Both the position numbers and the translations under genes were made by a program. A stretch of DNA of 64,000 bases from Octopus sinensis (lineage: Eukaryota): contig NC_042997.1 in the NCBI RefSeq assembly GCF_006345805.1, positions 94,922,001 through 94,986,000 of the forward strand, in the 5' to 3' direction. Under the pieces are notes generated by a model. The model had not been told where the DNA came from. It searched no databases and saw only the letters and a program-made list of their open reading frames with translations. This document shows, piece after piece, positions 50,721 through 63,729 of the stretch. Position 1 is the stretch's first letter, and each line of letters opens with the position of its first letter.

Positions 50721-52159
50721 TATGTTGTTTTTTATGATATTGTGGATGATTTGGGGGAGGCTTTTGCTGTTAATTCTAAGAAACACGGTAATCACAAATG
50801 TTTAATCTTTTGGTCGCTTTTTAGATTTTCATTGATCTGATTTGTATAAGCAATATTTGTAGTTAGACTCATTGCTCATATCTGTCACATGCCCCGGAAA
50901 CACGTGAGGTTGATACTATTATTCTTCTGTGCAACTGATTTACCACGACTCCTACAGGAAACACACTTGTACGGAAGGAATTTTAAAGAGTGAATATTCT
51001 GGACGAGGGAAAGCAAGACATAGATCACTGCAGAATGTATATAATAGGAGTGATGAAATAAAAAAAGACTAGATAGTTGATAGAACCAGAGTACAGGCAA
51101 TCATATCGGAGGAACAAAGACCATTATGGAATGGAAGAGAAAGAGAGAGAGAAAGAGAGATAGAACAAGAAAGAAAGATCGTGCGTAAGAAAGAGACGTG
51201 AGGGATATAACATGTCTGTGAGCTAAAGGCTTGATATATCCATGAGGAAGCTTATGTTAATCAATTCAATGACCTTAATCTTAAAGATGTCACGTGTGTA
51301 TTTTACTGTAGCCTTAGCAATATCTGAGATGTAAGAATTTCATCTGTTTGTAAGTTGTACCTGAGGAGTGGGGCGAAATATGATTGATGTACTCATTACA
51401 AGAAAAATATGGTTAAATATTTGCTAGTTGTTACAAGATTTTTGCAAGTAAAGAGAAGAGTAGATTTATTTGCTAGAGTGACGGAGAATCTGGGCGAATT
51501 TAAATGGAAACTTTTGTAGCTGATGTTATAGTGGAGTAGTAGAGCAACAGCAAAACTATTATCTCCGTAAGCGCTTTCACTAAGTTTCAGAGTAAAATTC
51601 TTCGTCCCCAGCTTTAAGTTCTCTGCTGTCTTTATTGTTTTGCTTGTTCATATCTTATATTCATAATGTAGGATCCTTTCCTCTTACTGACTTAATACTT
51701 GTTTTTACACATTAATTTTTCATGTTTTTGTAGTTTTTGAGTTTTTTAACCTGTCGAAACTTCATCCTACAAATATGTGTCTAATGCTTTGCTCAAAGAC
51801 AACACGAACCGTTTTCTCTTATCATAATCAAATTTTGTAGAGATTTGTATTAGCTTGATATTAGTAATTTGAATTTTTCAGTGGCACTATTTTGTAAACA
51901 GTGTTGCTATAGAATCCGTGCGTTGATCTAATAAAATTTCCAGTAGTTTATCAACTGTAGCCTACAGCTTAACGACATGTATAGACGCAAAATTATAGAT
52001 GAATGCTGCCCATAGTATATATAACTTATTCCTTATTCGCTTAAACTATCGGTTGGAGACAGTAAAAAATTATCAGCGAATAAGGATAATGGTAATAAAA
52101 ATAATAATAATAATAATAATATTAGTGATGATGATGGTGTTGATAATGATAATCATGCT

Positions 52160-52545
52160 GCAAATTGGAAACCAAGATAACGCATATTGCCATACCTATG
52201 GATGTAGGAGTGGATGATAAAGAATGTGAAAAGATTGAGAAGTATAATCACTAAAAGATGAGATTGCATGAAATATAGGCAATGAAGAAAGAGTATTTCA
52301 TTTCAGTAAGTTGCAGGGGAACTGGGAGCATAAATAATCAGGCTTGAGAAATTTATTGCACAAACTGGGATTGACATGAGGGTGGAAGGTGCTCAGAAAA
52401 ATGCTTCATTAGGGACTGCGAGGATTTTCAGATTGGTACTTGGCTGTTAAGTGTCGTGGAAGAAGCTCGTGTGAGACCCTTGGCAAAAATATGTCGTTCG
52501 CTCTTACAAAATTATACGGAGCAAATGAAATTGCAGCAACAACAA
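52160..52545 (+). mobile_element. Degenerate R4/Dong-like 3' fragment (subfamily B-like) after a (TAA/TGA)n tract
   Basis: IAIPMDVGVDDKECEKIEKYNH...GIDMRVEGAQKNASLGTARIFRLVLGC*. Confidence 0.8.
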
Positions 52546-52779
52546 TAATAATCTTCGTCTTCTTCATTGGACACACAACCTCACCACATATATATAAAAC
52601 AAATTTCCACGAAAGGTTTTTTTAGTTTTTAAATATTTTACTTGATACAAATGTTGGATTTCTTCAAACGAGAGATATTGGAACGTTTTAACATCCAATT
52701 TGTTGTCACCTTAGGCTAGAGAATCAAATAATTGTCATATCGAATGTGGTTGAGTAAACAACTTTTACAAGTTCTTTAC

Positions 52780-53400
52780 GTTGTCTTGTTTTTTTGGAGA
52801 AAATAGAAAAGTTTGAGACACAAAGAAAAGACAACTCTATATAGAAATAGTTGATTAAGGAAAAATAACAGTTGCACTGAAAGGTACAGTAGTAAACTGA
52901 TATTCACAGATTGGAACTGGCATATATTACCAGCGTAAGCAACACCAATGTTTAGATTTTTTCTGCTAGCAGGTAAGTCATAAAATGAATCGTTATTCAG
53001 AGAAAAAAATGGAGAACGGTATGTTCCTAATAACAATGTTTCCAAACTCAAAACGTTGTCCATGAAATGGAAAGCAGAGTATGGGTATACCATTTCTGCA
53101 AAATTTCTTCAAAGGTGGAGTTTATATGATCTCAAAAGAGGTGCTTGAAGAAGCTCTGGGCAATGACTATCAAAGTTATATCAACACAGTACTGTGTATG
53201 AAAGAAAACGAGGCGATGAAACAGACAGAGCCGATCCAGGACGCACCGATCGAGAAATTATTGCCGCAGTTTATGAAGACATGTAACACATCATTCATGA
53301 CAACACTGGCTGGTTGTCACGTTTCCTCCACAGCAGTGGTAGGTGATGAGCGCTAAGTTAAGGAGTAACATGATGTGAAGTGTGAGCATATGGTGGTCAA
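52780..53400 (+). mobile_element. Possible decayed LINE ORF1-like segments
   Basis: ORF 53081-53356 (ISKEVLEEAL...KQTEPIQ...LLPQFM) loosely resembles the other ORF1-like remnants; weak. Confidence 0.25.
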
Positions 53401-55050
53401 CGCCCTGATAACCACTAAATAGCGCAAAACACTCCGAGAGTTATAACCCATACAAAGAATACTTTGAAAGCGTTTTGCTTAAGAGATGTGGAAAAAGGAA
53501 GAAATAAATGGAATGTTGGCAGCGGCAGCGTTGTTAATCAAAAATTCAAGACCATAAACTGCAGTTTCTAGAATTTTAGAAGTTACATCTTTGAGGATGT
53601 TAGCTAGCCTTTACAAAATATTTACTATCAATCCGCATTTCTTTCCACGAGAATTTATTTTAAAAATGCTTATTTTCTACTTCTTGTTTCGAATAGATTT
53701 TTATATAACAATTTTTCATTAGACATTTTGGAAGATAAACGGTGGATATGTTATCTAGTTTATCATTCAGTTCAGAATATATCTATTTCAAATGACTGGA
53801 GCAGTCATACTGTTGGTATGTATCTTTTGGATTTTGTATTTTGCTTCGTTTTTAGTATTAATTTATCTCTCCTTACGCCTAGGCGTATTTTTCTAGTAAA
53901 TCTATATAGTTTTCGCAAGCAGCCTTTGTGGTTTATGATCTCAAGCATAGAGGCTGAGGTCATGTATATACTAAAATGATTTTCTTTCGAGTGTAGTCCG
54001 ATTTACAATGTTGCTTAAATGTTTTAGCGCCAGATAGTAAGGAAGTAATGAAAGAGCTGAGGGTTAGATCTTTATATATATTCTATTGTGGGTAATTTCA
54101 GAAATCTTTGCAATTAATTAATTTACGTTTGGTATCAGCTTTTTATTCATGCTACCTTAATAATTCCAAGATTTAAGTCTGGGATACAAGCCATGCTCAG
54201 ATCTATCATTCAGCTTCTAAATGATCCAAACAGGGTGTTATTGTGTAGAAAGACATGAACTGTGCAACATCATTTATGGTATTTGGAACTATTGCATATA
54301 AGATTTTTATTTACCTTTTGTGATCTTATTCCACTAAAATTTCGTAGACTGTGAGATGGCAGATCATCAATCTATAGTATTTAGCGCTTGCTATTTCTTT
54401 CTTCTTAGCATTAAGCAAGCGTTCAATTAAGTCATGCACATAGTGTTTTTCATTTGTTTTGATATGCTTTTAACTAATGCTAGAGGAGTTATTAGGAGGC
54501 CGGGAACAAATATCTGGTTATTACTTTTGGTCTTAGTATGCTGAGATCAAATCCTGTCAGAGTAATATTTATTGTTCATTATTTTACTGTGAAGAAATAA
54601 GGTATTAGTAAAATAAAAGACACGAGATTCTCATATACACGCACGCGCGCACACTAAACAAGAAAAAAATCCCTACAAAAGTTTTTTATTAACTCATATC
54701 CTACAAACTTATATTTCCTTCTATCCTCCTCTATGCTCGCTTCTGATTATACTTCGGCCTAACATCAAATTGTTATTCTGTATAACCATCTTTACCTAAA
54801 GTGCAACATATAGAAAACAAATAAGAACTTGAATAGCAGGCTGGGAGTGGCTTTGTGGTAAGAGACTTGCTTTCCAACCACATGACTCCAACCCCAGTCT
54901 TACTGCGTGGCACCTTGGGTTTCTACTTGTAGCCTCGGGCTGACTGAAGACTTATGAGTGGATTTGGTAGATAGAAATTGAAATAAAATTTGGTACATGG
55001 AAATTGTAATATATATATTACACAAAGAAATTCCAACAAAGAAATTCCAT

Positions 55051-55330
55051 AATAATATAATATAATATAATATAATATAATATAATATAATATAGTATAA
55101 TGAAATGATAGAATATTAAATCTCCGTTCCGATTGAACTAGTACTTTCATGCATTAAACCATGCAATCTTCAGGTTCATGTAGTGGTGGTGACAGTTATG
55201 TTTTACAAATTACAACTGTTTTAAATATTCATAGCTTAATGCATGAAAGTACTACTTCAATCAGAATGGACATTTAATATTCTATCATTATATTATATTA
55301 TATTATATTATATTATATTATATTGTATTG
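55051..55330. mobile_element. Inverted-repeat element with (TAATA)n/(TATTA)n outer arms; Penelope pLTR or retrozyme-like
   Basis: Arm 55104-55157 is the near reverse complement of 55236-55289; 78-bp spacer. Confidence 0.8.
55134..55178 (-). ncRNA. Minimal type I hammerhead ribozyme
   Basis: 5'-UGAAC CUGAAGA U UGCAU GGUUUA AUGCA U GAA AGUACU A/GUUCA-3': intact core, 5-bp stem I, 5-bp stem II, palindromic stem III, CUA cleavage triplet. Confidence 0.75.
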
Positions 55331-55808
55331 TATTATATCATAATAAGTTAGTGAATAAAACGTGAAAATCTGATAGTTTCAATACCTTTGAGTAATATAT
55401 TCGTCTATACACTAACATACATACCCGTATATATATGTATGTATGTATATATATATTATATATATATATGTGTGTCTGTGTGTGTATCTATGTGTGTGTA
55501 TATCCTTTGTATCTGTGTTTATCCCCGAGCACCGCTGTGTTTACGCCCCCGTAGTTTAACGGTTAGCAAAAGTAACTAAATTAAGATGTACTGATGTCTA
55601 TAAGTTCGACTAAAATTCTTTAAGGCAGTGTTCCACAGTGACTGCAGTCTGATCACTGAGAGAAATAAACGATAAAAAAAAGATAAACCATTTTTATAGG
55701 ACACATTTTGTAATAATGTAATTGTTACCACTATGACTACTACTAAGTCTGCCGCTGCTAATGCTTCTGATGCCCGTCCTCTTCCACTCCCATCACATCA
55801 TCCTCTTG

Positions 55809-55868
<60 letters not shown>

Positions 55869-55915
55869 TCACCACCAAAACCACCACCACCACCAACACC
55901 ACCAACACCACCAAC
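55809..55915. repeat. (CTA)n(CCA)n array
   Basis: Directly visible. Confidence 0.95.
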
Positions 55916-57016
55916 ATTATTAGATTTTCAGTGAGTGCACATGTGTTTACTTCAGCTCACACTGTTAGCTTCTTTTTCGAAGGATTTTAAAATTTACATA
56001 TTTTTTTTTATGTGGCCAATGCTGCTTCACAAAACTATGGATGTTTTATTGAATTAATTCTCGCTTCACAACGAAAAAAACTATATTTAACCTTTCATAT
56101 CTTTTTGTTTCGATTTGACGTCATTGAATCTTAATACATTCTTCGAAGGTTCTATCAATATTTTTACATGCATTCGATAATATTTTTACTTGCATAAATA
56201 TTTCAAAAGGCAAACGAAATTCTATTAAACTGGTATTTTGCAAGAAAAACATCTCTTGAATGTTATTTGAAAATTTCATTGGGTTTGTTATAACATCCAA
56301 TCAACCAAGTGGCACCCACCAAATATCGGAAAAGAAAACTATTATTTCTCCAAACACCTAGCAAAAATGAAATAAATAAACATAACATAAAAATAGCTAA
56401 TAACTAGCCTGCACCTGCTCTGTAGCACAACACATTTTTAGGACGCTGGAAACAATACAGTAATCGATAAAATAGACGTATTTCTGTCTTTCTAACCAGT
56501 TTTCTTGAACTTCCTACATCATTCAATCTCTGAATATTATTGAGGCACAGTTGAAAATAGAACTGTAGAGGCGTTGCTGTAATGAAGCCTTTATCTTGTT
56601 GCTCAAATAATTCTTTTAGCAGTGGACAATAACTAAACTTGTCCACCGGTGCTTCAAGAATTGGAGGAATCAATCTTTGCTCTGGGAGGTTCAGATAATA
56701 CATTTCTTGACAAGCACCTTTACAATACGTAGAGAAAAAGCATAATGAACAATCTATCTGCTATTCAAAACCGAGAAGGAGGCAGAAGACCTGTAGAAAC
56801 TGTACCTAAAATACCTACTCATTATTTTATGTCCTACGTCATAATGCAGCAATGCACAACAGTAATCTTAAGGATCGTAGCATTTGCTTGAGGCTCATAT
56901 TTGTCTTCCCGCTGTAATATGGATATAGTCGAAATATGTTGTCATGGATTGCTACACTCTTTATGGCAGTTCAGAATTTAAAGAGCCATTCATTCCAGAG
57001 TGAAGGTCTTCTACAG

Positions 57017-57078
57017 CAACATCCTTCAAATAATGAGTATGATGTTGAGGGCGCTGAGCGAAAAACAATAGTCTGCTG
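57017..57078 (+). CDS. Candidate micro-exon QHPSNNEYDVEGAERKTIVC (phase 0 to 2)
   Basis: tcttctacag acceptor shared with the 60511 exon; donor gtgaaa is weaker. Confidence 0.25.
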
Positions 57079-57504
57079 GTGAAAAGAAGAAACACATGTG
57101 CAAACCAAAATATTTTATATTTTTCCTTTAGGTAATAGTTAAAGTAATGGAAAAATAAAGCCGACACAGCAAGAAAAGCAATTACAAGTCACTGCCTATA
57201 AAATAGAATCGCCTTTCTGTAAATTGATAGAGGGACATACCATGTATCCGTTCTTGATCGTCAGTGACAAACACTCCTTTGTTTGACCTTAGCAACTAGT
57301 AGTGTGTTACAACGTCTTGCGGAGACGTGGTCAAGAATGATTAAACCATCAAAGAATGTAGAAACTAATCAGAAAGTCTACATTTAATATAAGTATGAAC
57401 CCCAATGGAAAGCGATGCGAAATGGCAAGGACAAGCCATAATCTTTTCAGGCGAAGCCTACATTTTCTAGTGAACCGCCTTATCTTGAGAGGCTCCCATT
57501 TCAG

Positions 57505-57538
57505 TGACAAAAGTTCACCCCCTACACAAAATGAAGAG
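57505..57538 (+). CDS. Candidate micro-exon xDKSSPPTQNEE (phase 2 to 0)
   Basis: cccatttcag acceptor, GAG|gtaatc donor. Confidence 0.4.
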
Positions 57539-57609
57539 GTAATCCGTAATTCCGTTCAAAAACACATATATGAAGAATAGTAACGCATTCGAAGGTGAAA
57601 TATTCTTAG

Positions 57610-57633
57610 AAGATATACCAAAAGATTACAGAT
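57610..57633 (+). CDS. Candidate micro-exon KIYQKITD (phase 0 to 0)
   Basis: attcttag acceptor, gtaaac donor, 71-nt intron, YxxI motif. Confidence 0.3.
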
Positions 57634-58710
57634 GTAAACTGGTGCCAGGCAGTAAATTGTGTACATGTTTCTAACCGTCTGACGAAGTCAACAAGTCCCC
57701 GCGCATACACCAATATAGAATTGGGAATTTCACCTCGTGTTGTCCTGATTGTTTATAGAGAAGATATATGTTTGCAAAGTAAATAAACGAAAATCGAAGA
57801 GTTGATTTACAATTCGATATCCGTTCCATGTATATGTCCATGTTAAAGAAATGTTGTTTATAGTATTTGTATTATTGCCAATCTATGGCGCACCATCAGT
57901 TACTAAACATGCTAGTATTGATGCATTGTTCCCATATGACTTGTTTCAGTTCAAATTGCATTTTAATTCCCGTGGAATACTGGTCAAAAATCCTAAAACA
58001 ATTTCCCGATTTATGGTATAAGTGTATATCAAAATTTTGAATCTTTCTGTGTAAGGGAGAGCGAAAGATAAATCCTCTCTTCACTTCGTATTAACATTAT
58101 ATCTAAAATTAGAATAACAATCGTTTCTTTGATTTTATAGGTTAGTTACCATCCTATAACATTTTCAGGTCAACCTAAAGTTAGGGGCAAGACGTTCAAG
58201 AATTGAAGAGACCAGAGTCCTCTCCCTGGCGCTTGCTACTTTAGTGGTATTCTATGCAGTTAAATTAATGCCGTTTATGTTTTAGATATTTTAATGTGTT
58301 TGTATTTTTCAATTTCTTTGTAATTTTAAACAATCCAGTTTTCGGAAACAATGGGGAACATCGTATAAAACGGTAGATACGTGATAGGGCGGTAATAAAA
58401 TAGGTCATCCGTTAAGTTGGATAGTAAATAGATTGTAAATAAGTTTGAGAATGATGTAATATGAATATGGTTAGATGTTTGCTTGTTATTTCTATATCTT
58501 TATATATATCACTGAATCCACACTCAATAACATACTTGTGCAGTATTATTAAGTTCTGATGAATCAATGCTGTTTATGTTTTAGAGATAAGCTCTTCTGT
58601 AAAGGCATTTTCTATTTATATTTCACTATGAGATCCCAGACTGATTAACTTAACTGACTCTATTATTGTCTTCAACGTTTCATAAATTATATAGGTGTAT
58701 TTATCTGCAG

Positions 58711-58752
58711 CAAATTCAAGAAGATAATGAGAGCTATAGTGTTTTATTTATG
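58711..58752 (+). CDS. Candidate micro-exon QIQEDNESYSVLFM (phase 0 to 0)
   Basis: tatttatctgcag acceptor, ATG|gtaact donor, YxxL motif. Confidence 0.4.
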
Positions 58753-60510
58753 GTAACTATTTGAAAATTTCTGTCTGAATTCATAAACATTATCATATGA
58801 GACATATATAGGTGTATTGTACCCATTACTCATTCATTTGCAACAACCAACATTTATCAGACGTTTATAAAGACTTCAAAATAAGCGGAACAGAGGAAAG
58901 TTTTGTGTTGTTTTTTTCTTTTTGGAAATACGTCATACTATATTCACATCTTCCATTTATTCTATTTTCCTGTTATATTCTATCTCCTGATATATTTTAC
59001 GATTCATATAACCTTAATGATTATGGATAGAGCACATTCGTTTGATATGCGTATTTTCATTATTTATCTATGTATTTTTACTGTTTATAATTCCTCGCCG
59101 TTACTACAATATGAATAATGTGTTCGGCGCTGTTTTCTATCTCTTTCTCATAAGATTTCACTGGAACATAAAATATTATTTATTTAATAATGTAAATAAC
59201 GTAATATAATGACACTTATTATTTTTGATTCAATAAAACACCAGTTCCAGTAGAGAAGCATTCGACTTCAAAATAATCTAAGTTCTAGTACCATACTGAA
59301 GTTGATTCAGTTGTCTGCATAGACTGCCATTGTGCCAAGGCGAAAGAATCGATATTCTATTGTGAAAACAACATTAACAACACAAAATTCGTTATAAATA
59401 CTTGGTATTCTCTAATTCTTCATACGTTGGTTCAAAATTTTACATGTCCTCTGGAATATGGGCTTTTAACATTCCAGTGTCATTCTTTTCCTCTCTTTTT
59501 TAAAATCATTCCTACGTAAATCTGAATCATGCTTCTAGCGTCAGATTAACTTTTTAGTATATTGCGGCCATGGTGGGATAGCCTACATTTTATACACCGC
59601 ACTATTTATTTCATTTTAGTAACTACTTTCTCGAACTCTAACGAATCGCTAATTTTGCTTTTGACGCAATTCGACTCACAGCTTTAAACGACTGGTGATT
59701 TCGATTGTGTGTTAACTTTGGAGTTTGCGCTATAAAGTCATCAACGAGCCCAGTCTATCATACAGCTTGTAGTATTATGGCATAATAATATAGTAATGTC
59801 CATATGATCAATTTTCGAGAACATTACTGTAAATCAATGAAATAAAAAGGATTTGATCACTCCATTCTCTTGCTGTGCATTGAGATCGATACCCGTTTCA
59901 CCTAACTCTAAGACATTCTTCTGAAGTAATAGCTTCGTTAATGCCGAGTAGTTGGCGAAAGAAACTAGAAATACGATTTTATTTCCAAAAAACTATACCA
60001 GTTCTTTACACACTTACTCTCTCTCTTCCTTACTGACTCTTGTTCCTTTCACACACACAAATATGTATTACTTGAGACTATAATCCTCATTTAATTTGAT
60101 ACATACTCAACCATGCACCACTGAGTTGCTTCAACTGAGTAACAAAGAAAATCCAAAAGCAAAGAGAAATGTATTTAGCTCACAGAGTAATCTACACAAT
60201 CTGACACTGTATTAGTAATTATCATAAAATTTTTAAATATAAGAGGATGGTGATAAAAAAGGTTACTCCTACTATTGCTAATAACGGTGATCAGCTTGTG
60301 AAACGAGAAATATAATACAAAAAGATTCATGGATTGCTGAAGATGTCGGTCAGTCAATGACTATGCATAATCGGAATGGAAGTTCGCGGGGGTGGAGTGC
60401 ATTTTGAGTGTCAGTTAGCAATGTTAGATTGGCATATATTAACATCCTACTCATGGGTCGGTAGTCAATATGATCGTAAAGAGATAGCAAATTGATTATG
60501 TCTTCTACAG

Positions 60511-60548
60511 CAACATCCTTCAAATAATGTGTATGATGCTTTGAAGAG
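60511..60548 (+). CDS. Candidate micro-exon QHPSNNVYDALK (phase 0 to 2)
   Basis: tatgtcttctacag acceptor, GAG|gtaacg donor, YxxL motif. Confidence 0.45.
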
Positions 60549-60689
60549 GTAACGTTTACTCAATTCAGAGCATCAGCAAACACGGACATAGTTTAAGATG
60601 CTTAAGTCAACTATCGCAAAGAGTCGTAAAATCAGGCTTTTACGTGTTCAATATTTATTCACAAAACCGCCCGCCTTTACGTTCTTAGT

Positions 60690-60835
60690 TCAAATGCCGC
60701 TGAAGCCTGCTTTGCCTTTCATACTTTCGGAGTCGATAAAATATATACCAAATGAGAACTGGGGTCGAAGAAATTGACTTAGCTCCTTCTTGGAATTGCT
60801 GGTCATGTGCCAAAATTCGAAATCACTATTATTCA
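60690..60835 (+). mobile_element. Degenerate Meta-like SINE fragment
   Basis: tttgcctttcatactttcggagtcgataaaata...ctggggtcga. Confidence 0.75.
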
Positions 60836-61062
60836 TAAATTGAAGAGCGAATTCTCTTTTGCCCAGTGGAAGAGATGTGGCATGAAATAGGAAACATAAG
60901 CTTCTACTTTCGCAATACCGGTACATGTCATCTCCACTAGATATATTGAAAGAAGATCTTCTAGAATACAGATTTCAAATGTCATAGTCTGCTGTATTTT
61001 TTCGAGTAATACTCTACTTGGAATCAATTTGACCCAGTACCTCCAACAAAATAAACTTGTAG

Positions 61063-61085
61063 ACACAATAGCATAGATTTACATG
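61063..61085 (+). CDS. Candidate micro-exon (R)HNSIDLH (phase 2 to 1)
   Basis: aacttgtag acceptor, ATG|gtatga donor; phase fits both neighbours. Confidence 0.3.
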
Positions 61086-61978
61086 GTATGATAAGACATC
61101 CGATTACAGCTGCCTCGATCGATATCTTTGAATATGATATGAAAAGTACTATGAAATAGACTTCTTACAAATACCATATAAATCCGAAAATATGAAAATG
61201 TTTTCATTGACAAGTTTGCAAATAACATGAAAATCGACATGGCCACACTGTATGGTTATAAAATAGATATGTAATGAGAACGACTAAAGCGTTTCATTGG
61301 CTTTGTATGAATGTGTCCATCATTCTATTTATATTTAATGGAACTATTGTGTTATACAACCATTTCGGAAAAAAAACCTAGCAGTTTCGAGACAAATTTA
61401 AACACCAATTCCTCCCCACAAAACTATTCTCCGTTTATATGTAACCTCGGGGTTTTCTTGTGTCGAATTTGTTAACCTTGAACTTTCTAGTTAAGTTTGC
61501 TTCTTTAGGAATCTTCTTACCCCAGTACGGCTCTGCATTTTTGTTTTTATTTTGTTGTTCGTGGTGATTATTTTACCATGCCATAGTTTATACTAAGAGC
61601 AAGGAGCTACATTTACATTTAAATCATATTGTTACCAATGTTGGCAAATGAAGAAAGAGATAATGATAAATTAAATTACAGCTTTTTAAATACGCAAAAA
61701 TATAGCATGGCCGAGAATGAATTGCTTTTGATCATAATTTCACTCGACTAGAGTTGGAACGGAGTTAAAGAGCAACAAAGACAATATTGTGTATTGTATA
61801 TAATTTCAGAACAAAAAAGAACAAACTATACCCGTAGCAGTAACGGTAGATCATGAGACATGTGTTGCATTATTAAGAAATTTGATTTGAGTGCACTGAG
61901 AACCGAAATGTTTACTGTAAAATTTATACAGTCACTCCAAACATTATGCCATTTGGCCGCCTTACATAGATACATACA

Positions 61979-62012
<34 letters not shown>

Positions 62013-62653
62013 CATATTGGCATTCATTTATACTTGCACACACACATATATTAAATTGATTGAGTAACGATCCCAATTTTCATTGGGATTTATGGCAATG
62101 TTTTACTCGATAGATAGCATGTAGTGGTCACATAAACCTGTATTAAAATATCTTTCACGTGGATAAATAACTGATTCTTAAGCTTCGATTTCGAATTTCC
62201 ATTATATTTATAGATAGTAATATAACAGAAAAATTTCTATAAATATCCATAGATTTATTCAAGCAGAAACTATTCATGTGACCAGAGAGATAATATATAC
62301 ACGTGTACAAAAATCAACAAACACACATATGCATAATACAATGACTTATAATTCTGTCCCCCTTTATCATTCTAATAATTATGCTTCACTGATTCCATAT
62401 CGATGAACTTAAGCATCCATCTAACAAGTGTTCAACGCAAATCAATATTGTTGCATTTATAAACTTTGTCAAGCGCATTAAGGATGTAAGTGAAGCAAAT
62501 TAATTGCAATTGAGAAACAAAACTGAATTACATATGGGTGTCACTGGGGCTTATAACTGACTCTTTCGCCTTTGTCATAAAATGGATGACCGCTTACATA
62601 TTCTATACGATAATGTAATAAATTTAAGCAGCTCTTCTACTTTTCGTATCCAG

Positions 62654-62733
62654 GTGTGGATTTCTATAATATGATCAGCATAAGTTTAACATTCATAAAA
62701 ATATTATCCTACTCAAGCGCTGAATCTCATTAA
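62654..62733 (+). CDS. Candidate terminal exon (G)VDFYNMISISLTFIKILSYSSAESH*
   Basis: Strong acceptor ctcttctacttttcgtatccag; phase 1 start fits the previous exon; YxxI motif. Confidence 0.3.
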
Positions 62734-63729
62734 GTGGTTGGAAAATCATTTCCTTTTTATGAGAAGTACACCATAGCATACTGCACATAATGTAGTTACA
62801 ATCGAATGACCGAGAGAAGGAAAATAATGTATATAATCTTTTACACACAGAAGAATCCAGTGAAAAGCCAACTTTGGTTGATGCTGAATGATTTTCTTAA
62901 TAGTGGAGCTCAATTGATATTTGCATCATAAAATGTAGAATGCCGATGAATATGACTTGACAGTGAACAACTATTTCCTCGAGAATGAGATATCAGAGAT
63001 CGGTTGCTTACATAAAAAATTCGTATAGCAAAATAACGACTTACGTACTATCGATGTCGAGATGTTTCAAAGACAACGGTTCACATTAGTATTCTATGTC
63101 TTTGTGTACGGACAATGGGGGTGGGTAGGGTCAGCAGAAAAGAATAGAATATCTTAGAGTACTTCGAGGAAAAACTAAATATTTTGTAGGACACATGAGG
63201 GTTATACTTTAGATATATTTAAATTTATAGACTTGCTTTGGAGTTCGCTCGATTGTTTCGAGTATTATTATAATTATGAAATCGCATCAAATCTCACGAT
63301 TCTATAAATCTGTTTCTTGTTACTGACCATTGATGAGGGGACGACATTGGAGACTCATGTAGATGTAATCCTATACAAATTGGAGATTTTAGGAAATAAA
63401 ACGCCTCACGAAATTGAAGACGGTTAACACAACCAGAATGAGACGCAAGGTTACTTGATTTAAAATCCAGGATATTGTGTAACATTTAGTGTTTTCAAGA
63501 AGCTATTATACAAACCATATATCAGTTTTATATAGATATAAAATTATTTGAAAGTACAACTAAGATCACTATAGAAGACAAAGTATAGAAAAATTTAAAT
63601 ATCCAAATGACACAATTTAATACAACTTCAAAAAGATAATGGTTAGAATTAGCACAACGAAAAACAAAATAATAATAATTGAATGAAAATAACGATGTCA
63701 ATTGAAATAACAAGAAAATACGGTCAGAA

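Larger units (their letters stand above)
54839..55685 (+). mobile_element. CORE-type SINE split in two (5' half 54839-54985, 3' half about 55490-55685) by an inverted-repeat insert
   Basis: Both halves match 39996-40369 and 50322-50720 in order and orientation. Confidence 0.7.

Noticed and set aside
51360-51385. CTGAGGA...GAAA hammerhead-like match
   Set aside because: No stem I, no valid NUH triplet, one-base-pair stem II
54537-54561. Micro-exon encoding YAEI
   Set aside because: The sequence resembles a decayed SINE B-box region (gagatcaaatcctgtcagagt)
56404-56703. 99-aa minus-strand ORF
   Set aside because: No recognisable motif or splice context; the adjacent plus strand has a Dong-like REGGR remnant
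60350-60538. Minus-strand exon reading HHTHYLKDVAVED in both 39-bp duplicates
   Set aside because: The plus-strand reading has both acceptor and donor, fits neighbouring phases and places the acceptor inside the duplicated block; the minus reading is less parsimonious but not excluded
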